Positions 61,371 through 64,000 of a DNA stretch of 64,000 nt are shown piece by piece; the stretch's first letter is position 1; every line of letters starts with the position of its first letter. The translations under genes were made by a program, and so were the position numbers. Source of the DNA: Macrostomum lignano (taxonomy: Eukaryota). The notes below the pieces were generated by a model, which saw only the letters and a list, made by a program, of their open reading frames with translations, was not told where the DNA came from and did no database searches. Location of the stretch: NCBI GenBank assembly GCA_002269645.1, contig NIVC01000583.1, positions 1-64,000 of the forward strand, written 5' to 3'.

Positions 61371-63492
61371 GGGGGGCATCATAAACCCGAAAAATCACAA
61401 CTCCGAAAAGCGCTTTTCATCATAAACCCGAAATATCATAAACCCGAAATATCATAAACCCGAAATATCATAACTCCGAAAGTGCTAGCAACGTCCATCA
61501 TAAACCCGAAATATCACAAACCCGAAATATCATATCTCCGAAAACCAAAAAAGCAACGCCCATCACAAACCCGAAATATCATATCTCCGAAAACCAAAAA
61601 GCAACGCCCATCACAAACCCGAAATATCATATCTCCGAAAACCAAAAAAGCAACGCCCATCACAAACCCGAAATATCATATCTCCGAAAACCAAAAAAGC
61701 AACGCCCATCACAAACCCGAAATATCATATCTCCGAAAACCAAAAAAGCAACGCCCATCACAAACCCGAAATATCATATCTCCGAAAACCAAAATAGCAA
61801 CGCCCATCACAAACCCGAAATATCATAAACCCGAAATATCATATCTCCGAAAGTGCTAGCAACGTCAATCATAAACCCGAAATATCACAAACCCGAAATA
61901 TCATATCTCCGAAAACCAAAATAGCAACGCCCATCACAAACCCGAAATATCATATCTTCGAAAACCAAAATAGCAACGCCCATCACAAACCCGAAATATC
62001 ATATCTCCGAAAACCAAAATAGCAACGCCCATCACAAACCCGAAATATCATATCTCCGAAAACCAAAATAGCAACGCCCATCACAAACCCGAAATATCAT
62101 AACTCCGAAAACCAATTCATGGCAATGCCCATCCAAGATCGAAATATGATAAATACGAGCTATCAATATCGTAATCTGCATGTAGATCTTTTAAGAAATG
62201 TCGCTTTCCACTTCGCGGCTCTTTATGTACCGTTATTTTATAATATTGCACCGGAAAGCTACAGCAACAATACAATCATATTGGATGTAGCTAGCTGAAC
62301 ATTGGATAAAGCCAAGAGAAACCAAAGCAGGAACAAAGACCAAGAGAATCCCCCAACTTCTGTTCTGAAGCATAAATAGGTTTTGTTTGCTTCACAGTTA
62401 TAAATATAGGCTGTTACTAAATACATAAGAACTTCAATTTTAGGCAGATGCCACCAGCTGAGATGCGTCCCTCAGATTTCTTAATAAGGGTGTCAATATA
62501 AATCACATGTTCAAAATCCCATTTGTTTTCGTTTTCCCTTCGAGTAATTTTACTTCTTTTAGAAATTAGATAGCGTCAAATAGCAGAATGTGAAGCACTA
62601 ATAGTCCTACTAATTTCACTTACAGTTTTATGCTCTAATAAAAACATTCTGTCAATGTCCATTCTTTGAGTGGATGATAAACATGGTAAGCAGATAGCAA
62701 ACAAAATTTGTGCTAACGATACCTGCACCAATTTTAGAAAAGTGAAGATTAATACGAGCACGCGATGATAAGCAATAACGATCGAAACAGGATCGTTCAA
62801 TTTGCTCAAATTTAGTTAATTTGCACCTTTTAAACAAATCCCCGCTCACTTAGCAAAAAATACACGCGGTACGCATGATCTATGTGATAATCAAAGCACA
62901 AGAACATAAAAAAGAATAATTACGTAGATTAATATTTTTGGTCATCTGCTGGTTGCTATTTTGGTTTTCGAAGTTATGATATTTCGGGTTTGTGATGGGC
63001 GTTGCTATTTTGGTTTTCGGAGATATGATATTTCGGGTTTGTGATATTTCGGGTTTATGATTGACGTTGCTAGCACTTTCGGAGATATGATATTTCGGGT
63101 TTATGATATTTCGGGTTTGTGATGGGCGTTGCTATTTTGGTTTTCGGAGATATGATATTTCGGGTTTGTGATATTTCGGGTTTATGATTGACGTTGCTAG
63201 CACTTTCGGAGATATGATATTTCGGGTTTATGATATTTCGGGTTTGTGATGGGCGTTGCTATTTTCGTTTTCGGAGATATGATATTTCGGGTTTATGATA
63301 TTTCGGGTTTGTGATGGGCGTTGCTATTTTCGTTTTCGGAGATAAGATATTTCGGGTTTATGATATTTCGGGTTTGTGATGGGCGTTGCTATTTTGGTTT
63401 TCGGAGATATGATATTTCGGGTTTATGATATTTCGGGTTTATGATGGGAAGTGTTTTCGGAGTTGTGATTTTTCGGGTTTATGATGGCGACC
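61371..63492. mobile_element. Foldback/MULE-like non-autonomous element with long, internally repetitive inverted arms
   Basis: Left arm ~61371-62110 and right arm ~62950-63492 are inverted arrays of CATCAC/TAAACCCGAAATATCATATCTCCGAAAACC units. 9-bp TSD CACACAAAA at 61362-61370 and 63493-63501. Termini begin with GG. Confidence 0.88.
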
Positions 63493-63634
63493 CACACAAA
63501 AGTCAGCAAAGAGTGCAAGCAGATTGAATATCTACCGAAGGCATTTTACACAGACCTGAATGCATGAAAAATGGCATTAAAAGTAGGATAAGCTAACGTT
63601 TTCTAAATAGGTCACTCGGTGTCTAGATTACACC

Positions 63635-64000
63635 AGAACTGGGTGACCTAATTCTAGGCTACAAACAGACCTCGGTGACCTAATTCTAGGCTACACCAGA
63701 ACTGGGTGACCTAATTCTAGGCTACACCAGAACTAGGTGACCTAATTCTAGGCTACAAACAGAACACGGTGACCTAATTCTAGGCTACAAACAGAACTCG
63801 GTGACCTAATTCTAGGCTACAAACAGACCTCGGTGACCTAATTCTAGGCTACAACCAGACCTCGGTGACCTAATTCTAGGCTACAACCAGACCTCGGTGA
63901 CCTAATTCTAGGCTACAAACAGAACTGCGTGACGTAATTCTACGCTACAAACAGAACTGCGTGACCTAATTCTAGGCTACGCCAGAACTGGGTGACCTAA
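63635..64000 (+). repeat. Minisatellite, 30-32-bp unit GGTGACCTAATTCTAGGCTACAAACAGACCTC, runs off the window
   Basis: Tandem copies seen directly. Confidence 0.93.

Overview
Animal genomic DNA that is repeat-rich and has spliceosomal introns and GC3-rich coding exons. The (GTCT)n arrays and intron-filling minisatellites suggest the flatworm Macrostomum; that is an inference from style only. Host genes: a putative secreted protein (minus strand, running off the left edge), an orphan acidic-tailed ORF, an EF-hand SCP-like gene with a 1-nt frameshift, ZFYVE21 (4 exons), RPL35 (2 exons), a NitFhit fusion (4 exons) and Taspase-1 (at least 6 exons). Mobile DNA: a decayed PIF/Harbinger element (TAA TSD), a decayed Gypsy LTR element, a C-terminally truncated THAP/P-family element (37-bp TIR, 7-bp TSD), a tRNA-headed SINE and a foldback/MULE-like element (9-bp TSD). 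The standout is an intact 11.5-kb Gypsy-type element (28082-39583; 982-bp LTRs with no difference seen by eye; 4-bp TSD) nested in the decayed Gypsy. Its single ~2480-aa ORF has the order Gag - herpes-gB-like envelope glycoprotein - PR-RT-RH-INT, so env sits in frame between gag and pol. It is followed by two paralogous tandem-RING-finger accessory genes that look to be expressed by splicing from a non-coding LTR leader. All calls come from reading the sequence and recognising motifs; no database searches were run.
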